DNA of 64,000 nucleotides from a bacterium. Its GTDB lineage: Bacteria; UBA8248; JACPRG01; G963555815. Location: the NCBI GenBank assembly GCA_965249615.1, contig CBDFMI010000005.1:199462-263461 (forward strand). Reading direction: 5' to 3'. Shown piece by piece: positions 31,835-41,857 of the stretch (positions are counted from its first letter, which is position 1; every line of letters starts with the position of its first letter). Position numbers and translations under genes: made by a program. A model generated the notes under the pieces. It saw nothing but the letters and a program-made list of their open reading frames with translations, had not been told where the DNA came from and did not search any database.

Positions 31835-33913
31835 ATGAAGGCCTATGATGTTCAGCATCTTCGCAATGTAGGTCTCATTGGCCAGGGAGGGGCTGGAAAG
31901 ACTTCTCTGGCGGAGGCCATGCTTTTTGACGCCGGCGCCACCCAGCGCCTGGGAAAGGTGGCGAACGGCTCTTCCATCTTCGATTGCGATCCCGACGAAG
32001 TCACGCGGCAGAAAAGCATCAACGCGATGCTAGGGTTTTGCGAGTGGAAGAACCAGAAAATTAACATCGTGGATACTCCTGGCTACGCCAACTTCACTGC
32101 TGACACTCAGGGCTGCATGCGGATCCTGGACGGGGCCATCGTCCTGCTGGACGCCTCGGCCGGCTTGAAGGTCCAGACGGAAAAGGTGTGGAAGTGGGCC
32201 GAGGATGCCCAGGTGCGCCGCCTCATTTTTCTAAACCAGATGGATGAGGAGCGGGCGGACTTCGAGGGGACTCTGGATCAGGCCGCTCAAGTCCTCAGCC
32301 CGAAGCCCGTCGCGATCCAGGTCCCCATCGGCAAGGGTCCGGACTTTCGTGGTGTGGTGGACCTTCTGGACCAGAAGGCCTGGTTGTTTGCCAGCGACGG
32401 TAGCGGGAAGATGGAGGGGGGAGAGGTCCCGGCAGAGCTCCAGAAGAAGGTTGAGGAGGCTCGGGAGAATCTTGTCGAACTCATTGCAGAGACCGATGAC
32501 AAGCTCCTGGAGAACTATCTGGAGACCGGAGAGCTGCCGGTCGAAGAGGCCAGGAAAGCGATGGCGGCGGGTGTCCGAGCGGGGAAACTGGTTCCCGCGC
32601 TCTGCGGCTCGGCTGTGAATAATATGGGTGTCCAGCCGCTCCTTGATGCCATCTCGGCTTTTTTGCCATCGCCGTTGGAGCGCCCCCCGGTGGAGGGCAC
32701 GCCCCTGGACGGAGACAAAGCCTCTCGGGCCGAGCCCAAGCCTGATGCCCCCTTGATTGCCCAGGTCTTCAAGACCCTCTCCGACCCTTATGCCGGCCGG
32801 CTGACCTTCTTTCGGGTTTTCTCAGGGACCCTCCGCGCGGACTCCACCATTTACAATTCGGCCCAGAAGGAAAAAGAGCGCGTGGGGCAACTCTTTTTCA
32901 TGCAGGGCAAGGAGCAGAAACCCGCCCCGACCGTCTCGGCTGGGGACTTTGGAGCCGTGGCCAAGCTGAAGATCACAAAGACAGGGGACACCCTTTGCGA
33001 TGAAAAGGCACCCCTGCTCTTGCCTCCCATCCCATTTCCCTCACCTCTCCTCTCCTTGGCTATCGTTCCCAAGGCCAAGGGGGACGAGGAAAAGGTGAGC
33101 GTGGCCCTTGGCCGGCTGGTGGAGGAAGACCCAGCCCTTCGGGTGGGCCGGGATCCCCAAACGAATGAGAGGATTATCTCCGGGCTGGGGGATCTGCACC
33201 TGGAGGTCATGGTAGAACGGATGAAGCGCAAGTTCGGCGTTGAGGTGGACGTCAAGACCCCGCGGGTCCCTTACAAGGAGACCGTCCGCTCGTCCGCCAA
33301 GGCCCAGGGAAAATACAAGAAGCAGACGGGGGGACGGGGTCAGTACGCCGATGCCTGGATTGAGATTAAAGCCCTGCCTCACGGTCAGGGTTTCGAGTTC
33401 GTCAACAAGATCGTGGGCGGCGCAATCCCGAGGCAGTACATTCCGGCCGTGGAAAAAGGGATTGTTGAGGCCATGGGGTCAGGCCCCCTAGCGGGTTACC
33501 CAGTTGTGGATCTGAGGGTCACCCTCTACGATGGGTCCTTCCACGCCGTTGATTCCTCCGAAATGGCATTCAAGATCGCCGGCTCTCTCGGGTTCAAAAA
33601 GGCGTTTCAAGAGGCCAAGCCGATCCTCCTTGAGCCCGTCATGAACATAGAGGTGGAAGTCCCGGACGAACTGGTGGGGGACGCCATCGGAGACCTGAAC
33701 TCTAGGCGAGGGAAGGTGCTGGGAGTCCGTTCAGCCTTCGGTTCTCAGGTGGTTTCGGCCCAAGTCCCCATGGTTGAAGTCCTCACCTACGCCTCGACCC
33801 TTCGGTCTATGACGGCCGACCGGGGGAGTTTTTCCATGGACTTCTCCCATTACGAAGAAATCCCAGGCCAGTTGGCCGAGAAACTGATCTCCAAGAGCGC
33901 CAAGGAATCCTAA
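31835..33913 (+). CDS. Elongation factor G paralog (EF-G2-like translational GTPase)
   Basis: G1 GQGGAGKTSL, G3 DTPGYANF, variant G4 NQMD, EF-G domains II-V (GRLTFFRVFSGTL ... GQYADAW ...). Confidence 0.75.
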   Translation: MKAYDVQHLRNVGLIGQGGAGKTSLAEAMLFDAGATQRLGKVANGSSIFDCDPDEVTRQKSINAMLGFCEWKNQKINIVDTPGYANFTADTQGCMRILDGAIVLLDASAGLKVQTEKVWKWAEDAQVRRLIFLNQMDEERADFEGTLDQAAQVLSPKPVAIQVPIGKGPDFRGVVDLLDQKAWLFASDGSGKMEGGEVPAELQKKVEEARENLVELIAETDDKLLENYLETGELPVEEARKAMAAGVRAGKLVPALCGSAVNNMGVQPLLDAISAFLPSPLERPPVEGTPLDGDKASRAEPKPDAPLIAQVFKTLSDPYAGRLTFFRVFSGTLRADSTIYNSAQKEKERVGQLFFMQGKEQKPAPTVSAGDFGAVAKLKITKTGDTLCDEKAPLLLPPIPFPSPLLSLAIVPKAKGDEEKVSVALGRLVEEDPALRVGRDPQTNERIISGLGDLHLEVMVERMKRKFGVEVDVKTPRVPYKETVRSSAKAQGKYKKQTGGRGQYADAWIEIKALPHGQGFEFVNKIVGGAIPRQYIPAVEKGIVEAMGSGPLAGYPVVDLRVTLYDGSFHAVDSSEMAFKIAGSLGFKKAFQEAKPILLEPVMNIEVEVPDELVGDAIGDLNSRRGKVLGVRSAFGSQVVSAQVPMVEVLTYASTLRSMTADRGSFSMDFSHYEEIPGQLAEKLISKSAKES

Positions 33914-33918
33914 GACCG

Positions 33919-34344
33919 ATGAGAAACCTACAGGGCGAAGTCTCGGAGGGCGGGGTGGCAAAGGAGCCCATTCCCGACAGGCTCTTCTTTAAGATCGGGG
34001 AGGTGGCCGATCTGGCCAGGACCAAACCCCACGTGCTTCGTTACTGGGAGTCGGAGTTCAAAGTCCTCAAGCCTGTCAAGAATGCCTCAGGGCAACGCGT
34101 GTACAGGCGAAAGGATGTCGAGCTGGTCTTAGAGATTAAGCGGCTCCTCTACGAGGAGCAGTACACCATTGCAGGGGCCAAAAAGAAGCTTTCCACCCGC
34201 AGAAGTTCTACTAAAGCGGGTGAACCGCATCAGGGGGAAGGCGCGGACCCTGGAAGTATCGACAGGACCCGCCTCGACAAGCTCCTGAAAGAGATCGAAG
34301 AGGGCCTTTCTTCCCTCCTAAACCTCCTGGGACCGCCCCCTTGA
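33919..34344 (+). CDS. MerR-family transcriptional regulator
   Basis: [27 protein letters not shown] and coiled-coil C-terminus. Confidence 0.6.
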   Translation: MRNLQGEVSEGGVAKEPIPDRLFFKIGEVADLARTKPHVLRYWESEFKVLKPVKNASGQRVYRRKDVELVLEIKRLLYEEQYTIAGAKKKLSTRRSSTKAGEPHQGEGADPGSIDRTRLDKLLKEIEEGLSSLLNLLGPPP

Positions 34345-34419
34345 GTCCCGTCGTAGCTCTTTGTGAATCCCTTGACGAAAATCCTGGCGGGTGCTAAGAA
34401 AGAATCAGAGGTTTCCGAT

Positions 34420-34497
<78 letters not shown>

Positions 34498-34508
34498 TAA
34501 AATACAGG

Positions 34509-34538
34509 GGGTTACGGAAAATTCCGTGACCCTTTTTT
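34509..34538 (+). terminator. Rho-independent terminator after tRNA-Pro
   Basis: GGGTTACGG-AAAATT-CCGTGACCC followed by TTTTTT. Confidence 0.55.
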
Positions 34539-34729
34539 CTTGCCAATATCCAGAATGTGTCTCGTGACAATACGCGTGCTAGATGGACGCGAGGCGCCAG
34601 TTTCCGAGTTCCAAAAGGCGCTTGACAGCCAAGGGGCGGACTGGTTACCATGGATTTACGCGGACGTAACAACGAGGCAGGTCTCGTTGACAGTCGGCGC
34701 CAAACGATTACGGATTTGGGGAGGTATTT

Positions 34730-35686
34730 ATGTTGAGAAAGGCTGTTTTCACCGTAGTGGGTATTTTCGTGTTTTTGTCCCTGGCCTCGGCCCAGCCCGA
34801 ATACGCCCCCGTTCCCGACGGAGCGAAGGGTCCCGCTATCCCGGAAACAGGATATTTGGTCTCGGGGATTCGCGACGGGGTTTATTCGGTGACCAATGGC
34901 GTCTATCAAGCGCTGATTATCACCACTGGAAAAGGCGTCATCATGGTGGATGCGCCCCCGAGCATTGGAGAAAATTTGCTGAAGGCAGTCTCAGATGTCA
35001 CGAGTGAGCCGGTCAAATTTTTTATTTATAGCCACGAACACAAAGATCACGTGGGCGCCGCGGCCCTTTTTGAAGGCGCAACCTATGTTTCCCACGAGAA
35101 AACGGCAGAACACCTGACGAGGGCCAACGACCCGGGCCGCCCGGTGCCCTCGGTCACTTTTACGGACGATCACACAATCAAGCTGGGGAGTAAAAGGGTA
35201 GAGCTATCTAATAAAGGTGGAAATCACACGCCCGGAAACTCATTTATCCACTTGCCAAAGCAGAAGATATTGATGCTGGTTGACGTCGTTTATCCTGGTT
35301 GGGTGCCTTTCAAGAGTTTCGCTGAGGCGAAGGATGTGGGGAGGTATATCGAAGCGCACGATCAGATATTGGAGTACGACTTCGAGCACTTCGTCGGAGG
35401 ACATCTCACCCGCCTAGGCACTCGCCAAGACGTCGAGATCGCAAAAGAGTACGTTTTGGACGTCAAAGCCAACGCTCAGAACGCGATTGAGACCGTTGAT
35501 TTCTCCGCGATAGCGGGAGAAGTCGGTTTTGCAAACCCGTTCGCCCTGTTCAAGACTTACTTGGACACGCTCGCAAATACGTGCACCAACGCGACGACGC
35601 CGAAGTGGGTTGATAAATTGGGGGGGACGGATGTTTATACCTTTGATCACTGCCTCTCGATGCACTTCCATCTGAGCATCGACTAG
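34730..35686 (+). CDS. Secreted MBL-fold metallo-hydrolase
   Basis: Signal peptide, HxHxDH motif (YSHEHKDHVGA), downstream His/Asp ligands. Gene GC is about 53%, lower than its surroundings. Confidence 0.6.
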   Translation: MLRKAVFTVVGIFVFLSLASAQPEYAPVPDGAKGPAIPETGYLVSGIRDGVYSVTNGVYQALIITTGKGVIMVDAPPSIGENLLKAVSDVTSEPVKFFIYSHEHKDHVGAAALFEGATYVSHEKTAEHLTRANDPGRPVPSVTFTDDHTIKLGSKRVELSNKGGNHTPGNSFIHLPKQKILMLVDVVYPGWVPFKSFAEAKDVGRYIEAHDQILEYDFEHFVGGHLTRLGTRQDVEIAKEYVLDVKANAQNAIETVDFSAIAGEVGFANPFALFKTYLDTLANTCTNATTPKWVDKLGGTDVYTFDHCLSMHFHLSID

Positions 35687-35815
35687 AGAAAGCTCAGTTA
35701 TAGAGAGGCTGTGAGTTCATAAACGGGGTTTATGTTATCCGGCCCAGAGGAAATAGGCGGCGGCCGTCCGTGAGCGCAGCTCCATCCGAATGACCTCTTG
35801 TCCTGTGGACTCCCT

Positions 35816-36206
35816 TTATTCATCCAGGACAGCGATGGCCTCGATCTCTACCAGTATGTCCGGGCGAGCGAGGGTCGCCTGGACCGTGGATCGGCTCGGC
35901 TTGTTGCTGCCAGGGAAATATTTGGCGTAGACTTCGTTCATGGCCTGGAAGTTCCGTATGTCGGCCAGGAACACGGTGCATTTGACCACGTCTTCCATCT
36001 TGGCCCCCCCCTCTGCGAGGACAGCCTGGACGTTTTTCATCACCTGATCCGTCTGGGCCGGGACGTCGCCAGGACCGACCAGATTGCCCTGGACATCCAT
36101 GGGTATCTGGCCGGACGTGAAAACGAACCCTCCTTGCTTGACACCTGGGGAGTAGGGGTTTTTGGGGACAGCGACGCTTGAGGGCTGAAGGGGAGTTTTT
36201 GGCATC
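35816..36206 (-). CDS. ridA: RidA family protein (YjgF/TdcF reactive-intermediate deaminase)
   Basis: GPYSPGVKQGGFVFTSGQIP ... TVFLADI ... PARSTVQA. ATG at 36206 with AAGGAGA RBS. Confidence 0.85.
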
Positions 36207-36741
36207 TTCTGTCTCCTTGCGTAGAGTTGAAACCGGCTTGATTGGAAAAGGCGTCTCACCTGGGAAGGGCGGATGAGGAGTGTAAGCAATAGGGGTAAAG
36301 GGCACAAGGGGGAATCCCTGACGATGGGCCCATGCGCTGAGAGAAAAGCGGCGTTTGAAGGTGGGAGAAGGGGTGGCTGAGCGGGCCAAGTGGATAAAGC
36401 GGCTTAGCCGACGCCGGCTCCGGATCCCGCCCGGGGGGGGGGAGATTCCTGAAAAGGGGAAGGATCCGCAGGCTGCGCGCCGGCTTGGCAAGGAGGAGGC
36501 GCGGCGGGCCCTTTACGACCCCGACGAGGTAGAGGACGGGGGGAAAGAGTCGGCCGAGGACGAGACGAATCTGGAGGAAAGAGGAAGGGGAGGGGCCTGG
36601 GAAGACGCAATAGTCCTAAGGCGGATCCCGCAGCCCATCTCCTCGTGAGCCGTTGCCGAGAGATCATCGAAAGGAAAAGGGCGAGTTGAGGACAAGAGAT
36701 CGGGGGCGCAACCCCCTAAGGGTCTTCTTCAGTAGAGGGAA

Positions 36742-38001
36742 TTGGAGCGGATGACGCTTCGGCAAGCCACACTCAGCAACGGCATCCGCCTGGTCACTGA
36801 GGCCCGAGAGACGGAGGCCGTCGCCCTTCATATCTACTTTGGCTGCGGAGGCCGACACGAGCCTGACGAAGTGGTCGGTGTATCCCACGCCCTGGAGCAC
36901 ATGATCTTCAAGGGGACGCCGACGCGGACCCATTTCCAGATTGCCCAGGAGATGGAGGGGGTGGGTGCCTCCATCAACGCCAACACCGGGGCCGAGCGGA
37001 CCTGCTATCACTTTCTGGCCCCGGCTGAGGTGGTCCCCCAGGTCCTGGAGGTCTACGCTGATGCCGTGAATAACAGCCTCCTTGATGACGCGGAGTGGGA
37101 AAAGGAGCGAAAGGTCATCCTGGAAGAGCTCAAGATGTATGAGGACATGCCCCGCATCTGGGTCAGCGACCGGCTGGAGACCACCATGTTTAATCTTCAA
37201 GTCGGGATCATCGGAGACCGCGATACCATCCAGAGCATCAAGACCCACCACATGCGTGAGCTGATGGAGCGGTGGTATCGGCCTGAGAACGCCGTCATCT
37301 CCGTGGCAGGCCGAGTCGATCATGACTCCATCCTAGACCTCGTTGAGAAAGCTTTTGGGGAGCGATGGCAAAAAGCTCCCCTTCCAACCCTGCCCAAGCT
37401 CCCGGAGAAAAGCCGCCAACGCATGTGCTCGATTGTGCGCCAGACAGACCAGGTGAATCTTGCCATCGGTTTTCGAGCCCACGGCCACACCCACCCAAGG
37501 CTTGCGGCGCTCCGTCTCCTGAATGACATTCTGGGCGGTAAAATGTCGAGTCGGCTCTTTGAAGAGGTCCGCGAGAAAAGAGGTCTGGCCTACAGCGTAG
37601 GCTCGAGCGTTGACCCGTTCATAGATACAGGCTACGTTGAGCTGAAAGCGGGGGTTGCCCTTGAGAAGACGGTGGAGGCGAGCCGCGTTATCCTCTCCGA
37701 GGCCGCCAGGCTTCGTGAAGAGCTTGTCCCGCAGGAGGAGCTCACGGCAGCCAAGCGCCACCTTCGGGGCCTTATCTTGGTGGAGGAAGAGTCGTCGGAA
37801 TTTGCAGGTCGAAACGGGTCAACCTGGCTTTTAGAGGGACGGGTCCACACCGTGGAGGAAGAACTGGCTGAACTGGACCAGGTGGAGGTCGAGGATCTGC
37901 AACAGGTTGCCCAAGAGGTCTTTCGAGATGAAGAGCTCACCGCTGCCTTCATCGCAGAGAAGGACCTGAGCGAAGATCTGGCGCCGGCCCTCCACATCTA
38001 G
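36742..38001 (+). CDS. M16-family (pitrilysin/insulinase-like) zinc peptidase
   Basis: Inverted zinc motif HALEHMIFKGT and two M16 domains. Confidence 0.8.
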   Translation: MERMTLRQATLSNGIRLVTEARETEAVALHIYFGCGGRHEPDEVVGVSHALEHMIFKGTPTRTHFQIAQEMEGVGASINANTGAERTCYHFLAPAEVVPQVLEVYADAVNNSLLDDAEWEKERKVILEELKMYEDMPRIWVSDRLETTMFNLQVGIIGDRDTIQSIKTHHMRELMERWYRPENAVISVAGRVDHDSILDLVEKAFGERWQKAPLPTLPKLPEKSRQRMCSIVRQTDQVNLAIGFRAHGHTHPRLAALRLLNDILGGKMSSRLFEEVREKRGLAYSVGSSVDPFIDTGYVELKAGVALEKTVEASRVILSEAARLREELVPQEELTAAKRHLRGLILVEEESSEFAGRNGSTWLLEGRVHTVEEELAELDQVEVEDLQQVAQEVFRDEELTAAFIAEKDLSEDLAPALHI

Positions 38002-38114
38002 CAGGGGCCTTCGCGGTCATGCGCAGGCGAGGAGCAGAATTGGCAATATTTAAGGAAGGGAAGACCTGTAAAATCCTGTGTGCCCCAGAAAACCCTGCTG
38101 GGGAGAAAGGATTT

Positions 38115-39473
38115 ATGATTTTTGTCGCATCTTTCCGCCGCCGGGTGGCCCGTTGGCTCTTCCTTCCCCTTCTTTTCGCTACCCCGGGGATGGGGGCGAC
38201 TCAGGAATCTTCCTGTCCGGGGGCGGCGGCTCATTTCCTTGAAGCGGCCGAAGGCACCGAGGACCCCGTCGCCCGGCAATCCCTTCTTGAGCAGGCGATT
38301 GATCTTTGTCCTGAGGACCCCGAACCCTATTTGCTCCTTGGGCGTCTCTACCAGTCTTTGAACCTTAAATCCAGGGCCAGGAGGGCTTACGCCGAAGCCC
38401 TGGGACGGGTGCCGCACCTGCGGGAAATTCTTCGAGAGATGAGCGAGCTTGACCCCGGGAGTCAAGACGACTCCCTTTTGCAGGCCCTCCTCTCTTCCGA
38501 GGCCGGAAAGAGGGTGGCGCTTCCTCCCCAGGAGTCGGCCGAGGAATTGCTGGTGAAGGAGCCGACGGATCCTAAGGCGCGATTGACCCTTGCTGAGGAG
38601 CTGGCAAGCCGGGGTCAAGAGATGTTGCTTCAGAATCTGCCCGGTCTCCCCCTCATTCAAAGGGCCGTCGAGCTCGCCCCGGACTATGGAAGGGCGCGCG
38701 AGCTCTTGGTGGAACACCACCGGACGCTTGGGGATTATCACTACAACGGTGAGCTGTATGAAAAGGCCTTGGCTCAATACCTCAAGGGTCTTGAGTATGA
38801 CTCAGGGGATCCCCTTCTTCACCTCCAAGCCGCGGAGAGCTATAGCCGTCTTGAAGACCGTGAGGAGAACGCCCTGGACCACTATCGAGAGGCTGACCAG
38901 GTATTTGCCTCACGGGTTGAGGAGATGAGTGAAGAAGAGCAGAGATCTCTACAGGAGCGGATCAAACGCGGCCTGACTCGTCTGGACGATACGCAGCCCG
39001 AATACCGTCAGGCCCAGGGGGCCCGCGTTCACACCGAGGGAAGACAATTGCTCGCCCGGGGAGATTACGAAGCGGCCTCCAGGACTCTGAAGGATGCCAT
39101 TGGTTGGACCCCTGGAAACGCCCTCATACACTTCGATCTAGCCACCGCCCTGAAACAGCTTCCACCCCACCGGGAGGAGGCCCTGAGCCAGTTTCAGCGC
39201 GCCTTGTCTCTCTTTGAGACCCATCCTCCGCCCGAAGTGGCTTCCCGGGTAGACCGTTTCAAGGCGCGAACCCAGATCGAGATCGATCACCTGTCTGGTC
39301 AAACCGGATCCTTGACCTACATCCTGCGTCAGCTGGCCGTGGGGGCCCAAGCCCGAGCCCTAGAGATAGGGCTCTTCGTTCTCTCCTTCGGGGCCATCGG
39401 GGCCTACCTTCTGCGGGCGGGACTCCGCTTCAGCGGAGGAGACGCTGATGCCCCTGATGCCGAGGGGACCTGA
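38115..39473 (+). CDS. Secreted TPR-repeat protein
   Basis: Signal peptide, multiple TPR-like helical repeats (YLLLGRLYQSLN ..., ALAQYLKGLEYD ...), C-terminal TM. Confidence 0.55.
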   Translation: MIFVASFRRRVARWLFLPLLFATPGMGATQESSCPGAAAHFLEAAEGTEDPVARQSLLEQAIDLCPEDPEPYLLLGRLYQSLNLKSRARRAYAEALGRVPHLREILREMSELDPGSQDDSLLQALLSSEAGKRVALPPQESAEELLVKEPTDPKARLTLAEELASRGQEMLLQNLPGLPLIQRAVELAPDYGRARELLVEHHRTLGDYHYNGELYEKALAQYLKGLEYDSGDPLLHLQAAESYSRLEDREENALDHYREADQVFASRVEEMSEEEQRSLQERIKRGLTRLDDTQPEYRQAQGARVHTEGRQLLARGDYEAASRTLKDAIGWTPGNALIHFDLATALKQLPPHREEALSQFQRALSLFETHPPPEVASRVDRFKARTQIEIDHLSGQTGSLTYILRQLAVGAQARALEIGLFVLSFGAIGAYLLRAGLRFSGGDADAPDAEGT

Positions 39474-39853
39474 GACCGATCCCACCCAATAGACGCGCAG
39501 GGGACCCGGAGGGGGGATTGGGAGGCTAAGGTCACCACCCAACAGTCATTCACCCAGCGGTCGAACCTCCAGATCCGGTCAAAGACATAGACGTGCTTGA
39601 CCTCGTAGGTGCCCGGCCCGCTTCGGCGGGCGAGCCAGTCATAGGAGCGGGCGTCGACGTTGTAGGCCGAGGCGGTGAGGTTTGTAGGCAGGCGGAGCTG
39701 GACGATCTCAATGGCCTGGGTGCGCTCCCGGGCCTCTTGAAGGTTCTTCCACCAGCGGGCCCCCCCGATCACCAGGAGAGCGGTGGTGAGGAGACCCAGG
39801 CCTATGAGGAGTCCAGGACCGCGCGACCGGGCGATTTTTGTCTCCCCCGACAT
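39404..39853 (-). CDS. Small membrane-anchored hypothetical protein (downstream of GT2)
   Basis: N-terminal TM (LLIGLGLLTTALLVIGG). Starts 4 nt after the GT2 stop. The 3' end overlaps the convergent TPR gene, so the true stop is uncertain. Confidence 0.35.
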   Translation of the reverse strand: MSGETKIARSRGPGLLIGLGLLTTALLVIGGARWWKNLQEARERTQAIEIVQLRLPTNLTASAYNVDARSYDWLARRSGPGTYEVKHVYVFDRIWRFDRWVNDCWVVTLASQSPLRVPCASIGWDRSQVPSASGASASPPLKRSPARRR

Positions 39854-39856
39854 GAC

Positions 39857-40573
39857 TCAAAAGCGGTGCTTTCGAAGCAGGATGGCCCAAAGATACCAAC
39901 GAAAGTAACTGCGGGCCACGCGGAATATCCGAAAGCTGGATGTTCCAAGTGTCCGGCCTCGCCAGACGGTCGGAACCTCTGTGATGCGGTGGCCCTTTAA
40001 AAAGGCCTTGACGCAGATCTCCAGGGACGAAGCGAAGCCCGCCTCCTCCAAGGGGGTTCTGTTCAGGACTTCGGTCCGGTACATTTTAAATGCGTTGCTC
40101 ACGTCGTGCGTGGGAATCCCCGTAAGACGCTTGAGAGAGGCACAGACGAAGCGCGAAAACACCCCTTGAAGCCACGGTCCTCCCAGGCGCTCGCCTCCCG
40201 GCATGTACCGAGAGGCACAAACGACATCATAACCCTCCTCGATTTTCTCATACATCTTCTCGATTGTGTGAGGGTCATCGGCCGCGTCCGCCATCAGTAC
40301 CACGGTGACCGGCGTGTGCACCTCCTCGAATCCCGACCGCAGGGCGTTAGTGATCCCGCGAGGCCGCTGGCTTGAGACGAGTCGCAGGTGGGGATACCGG
40401 GCCGACATCTGATGGACGACCTGGGCGGTCCCGTCATCAGAGCTGTCGTCTACGACAATGACCTCATGGGGAAGGCCCAGGACCCCCTCCAGGGATTCCA
40501 GGGTCTCTCCAATCGTCTCCTCCTCGTTGAGCGCCGGGATGACGACGGTGAGCTTGGGATCTTCAGACATCAT
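39857..40573 (-). CDS. Family 2 glycosyltransferase (dolichyl-phosphate mannosyltransferase-like)
   Basis: VVIPALNEE ... VIVVDDSSDDGT ... DAD motif. Confidence 0.8.
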   Translation of the reverse strand: MMSEDPKLTVVIPALNEEETIGETLESLEGVLGLPHEVIVVDDSSDDGTAQVVHQMSARYPHLRLVSSQRPRGITNALRSGFEEVHTPVTVVLMADAADDPHTIEKMYEKIEEGYDVVCASRYMPGGERLGGPWLQGVFSRFVCASLKRLTGIPTHDVSNAFKMYRTEVLNRTPLEEAGFASSLEICVKAFLKGHRITEVPTVWRGRTLGTSSFRIFRVARSYFRWYLWAILLRKHRF

Positions 40574-41041
40574 ACACCCCTTCACGAAAGGCAGCCGCCC
40601 CTTCACCCCACCGGTTTGAGAGATGGGGAGAGGGAAATTTTAATTCATTGTTTGGGAAAGAAAAGAAAATTGAGAAAAAAGCCCCTCTTCAAAAGAAGAG
40701 AGGCAGCGCAGGCGAGCCCACAGTGTTTCCTTCTGAAGGGCAGTGCGCCCTTCCTTCGGCAGCCATTGGCAGAGCCGGGGCAAAAAGCCCTCGGTGTCCT
40801 GGGTAGGTGCCGTTTGCGCTGGCCGCCGTCCGATTCTCTTCAGCCTGCCTCCCTGCGTTATGTGCCTGCCAACGAAAGACTCGCCTGCGCCTCTCCCACA
40901 AAGCCATCGGTTGGGCAAAAGGGGGCAAACCCAACATCTTGTGCCCTGCTATGCAGTAAAAGGCCAAATATTGGCTTGTCAAGGGAAATATAGGGTGTGA
41001 TCTGTCAGAAGACGCAGAGGCGACGGGGGAGAATTTTTTCC

Positions 41042-41070
41042 TTGACAGGCCAGTTGGGCCACGGTATGTT
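41042..41070 (+). promoter_or_regulatory. Candidate σ70 promoter (TTGACA-17 bp-TATGTT) for the DtxR-like gene
   Basis: Perfect -35 hexamer at 41042-41047, 17-nt spacer, -10 TATGTT at 41065-41070, 43 nt upstream of the ATG at 41113. Confidence 0.4.
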
Positions 41071-41112
41071 CTGCGGCCAGGACAGAGTTTTGTAAGATAA
41101 ACAAGGTTCCCG

Positions 41113-41673
41113 ATGCTAACATTTCAAATCAAAAAAGAGTTCCCCTTCACACCGAGTGAGCAACACTACCTGCGGGCGATATACGAGCTTCAGGAGGAGC
41201 AGGGGTACGCCCGGGTCACGGATGTCGCTCGCAAGCTCAACATCGGCAAAGGGGCCGTTTCTTTGGCTCTGAAAGGGCTGGTCGAGCGCGATCTGATACG
41301 CCACCCCCACTACCAAGTCATCGAGCTCTTGCCCCAGGGGAAGGTGGCGGCCAAGCAAGTGATGAGCCGGTTTGCCGTCCTCAAACATTTCCTTGAACGG
41401 GTTTTAGGCGTCAAAAAGAACATGGCTTACGTTGACGCCTGCCTGATGGAGCATTTCATCAGTGGCGAAACGCTGGATCGCCTCATTGACCTCATTCGTT
41501 TCTTTGAGCTGGAAGATGACCTGGTCCGAGAGGCCGTGCAGCGGTTTCAGGCCTACCGGCGAACCTGCGAGAGCACGGAGCATTGTCCGATCTGCGAGTT
41601 CAACTGCGAGGTGGTCCTTCCCGAGTTGGAGAATTCAGCTGCGGACCCCGGGCCGGGCCACACGGTGAGGTGA
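41113..41673 (+). CDS. DtxR/MntR-family metal-dependent transcriptional regulator with extra C-terminal Cys cluster
   Basis: HTH and dimerization/metal domains (HYLRAIYELQEEQGYARVTDVARKLNIGKGAVS ...). C-terminus CESTEHCPICEFNC (C-x4-C-x2-C-x3-C). Confidence 0.8.
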   Translation: MLTFQIKKEFPFTPSEQHYLRAIYELQEEQGYARVTDVARKLNIGKGAVSLALKGLVERDLIRHPHYQVIELLPQGKVAAKQVMSRFAVLKHFLERVLGVKKNMAYVDACLMEHFISGETLDRLIDLIRFFELEDDLVREAVQRFQAYRRTCESTEHCPICEFNCEVVLPELENSAADPGPGHTVR

Positions 41674-41857
41674 TATCAAGGCCAAAAGTTCCCGAAGGGA
41701 ACCTTTGCCTGTTCCCAATTCCTGACCAGCTACTTCAGCCCCATCGAGGCCGCAAGGAAGCCAGCCAAGGAAGGGAAAAAATTCCTTTCCCGGCTTTTTC
41801 ATGAGTGGGAGGCGAGGCACTCGTCAAGCTTCTGTCTCATTAGGGAGAAAAAGACTA

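Noticed and set aside
40388-40993. 201-aa + strand ORF and 90-100-aa minus-strand ORFs in the 500-nt GT2/dtxR divergent intergenic region
   Set aside because: No RBS, no domain-like sequence, and they run through the σ70 promoter region. Likely non-coding promoter DNA.
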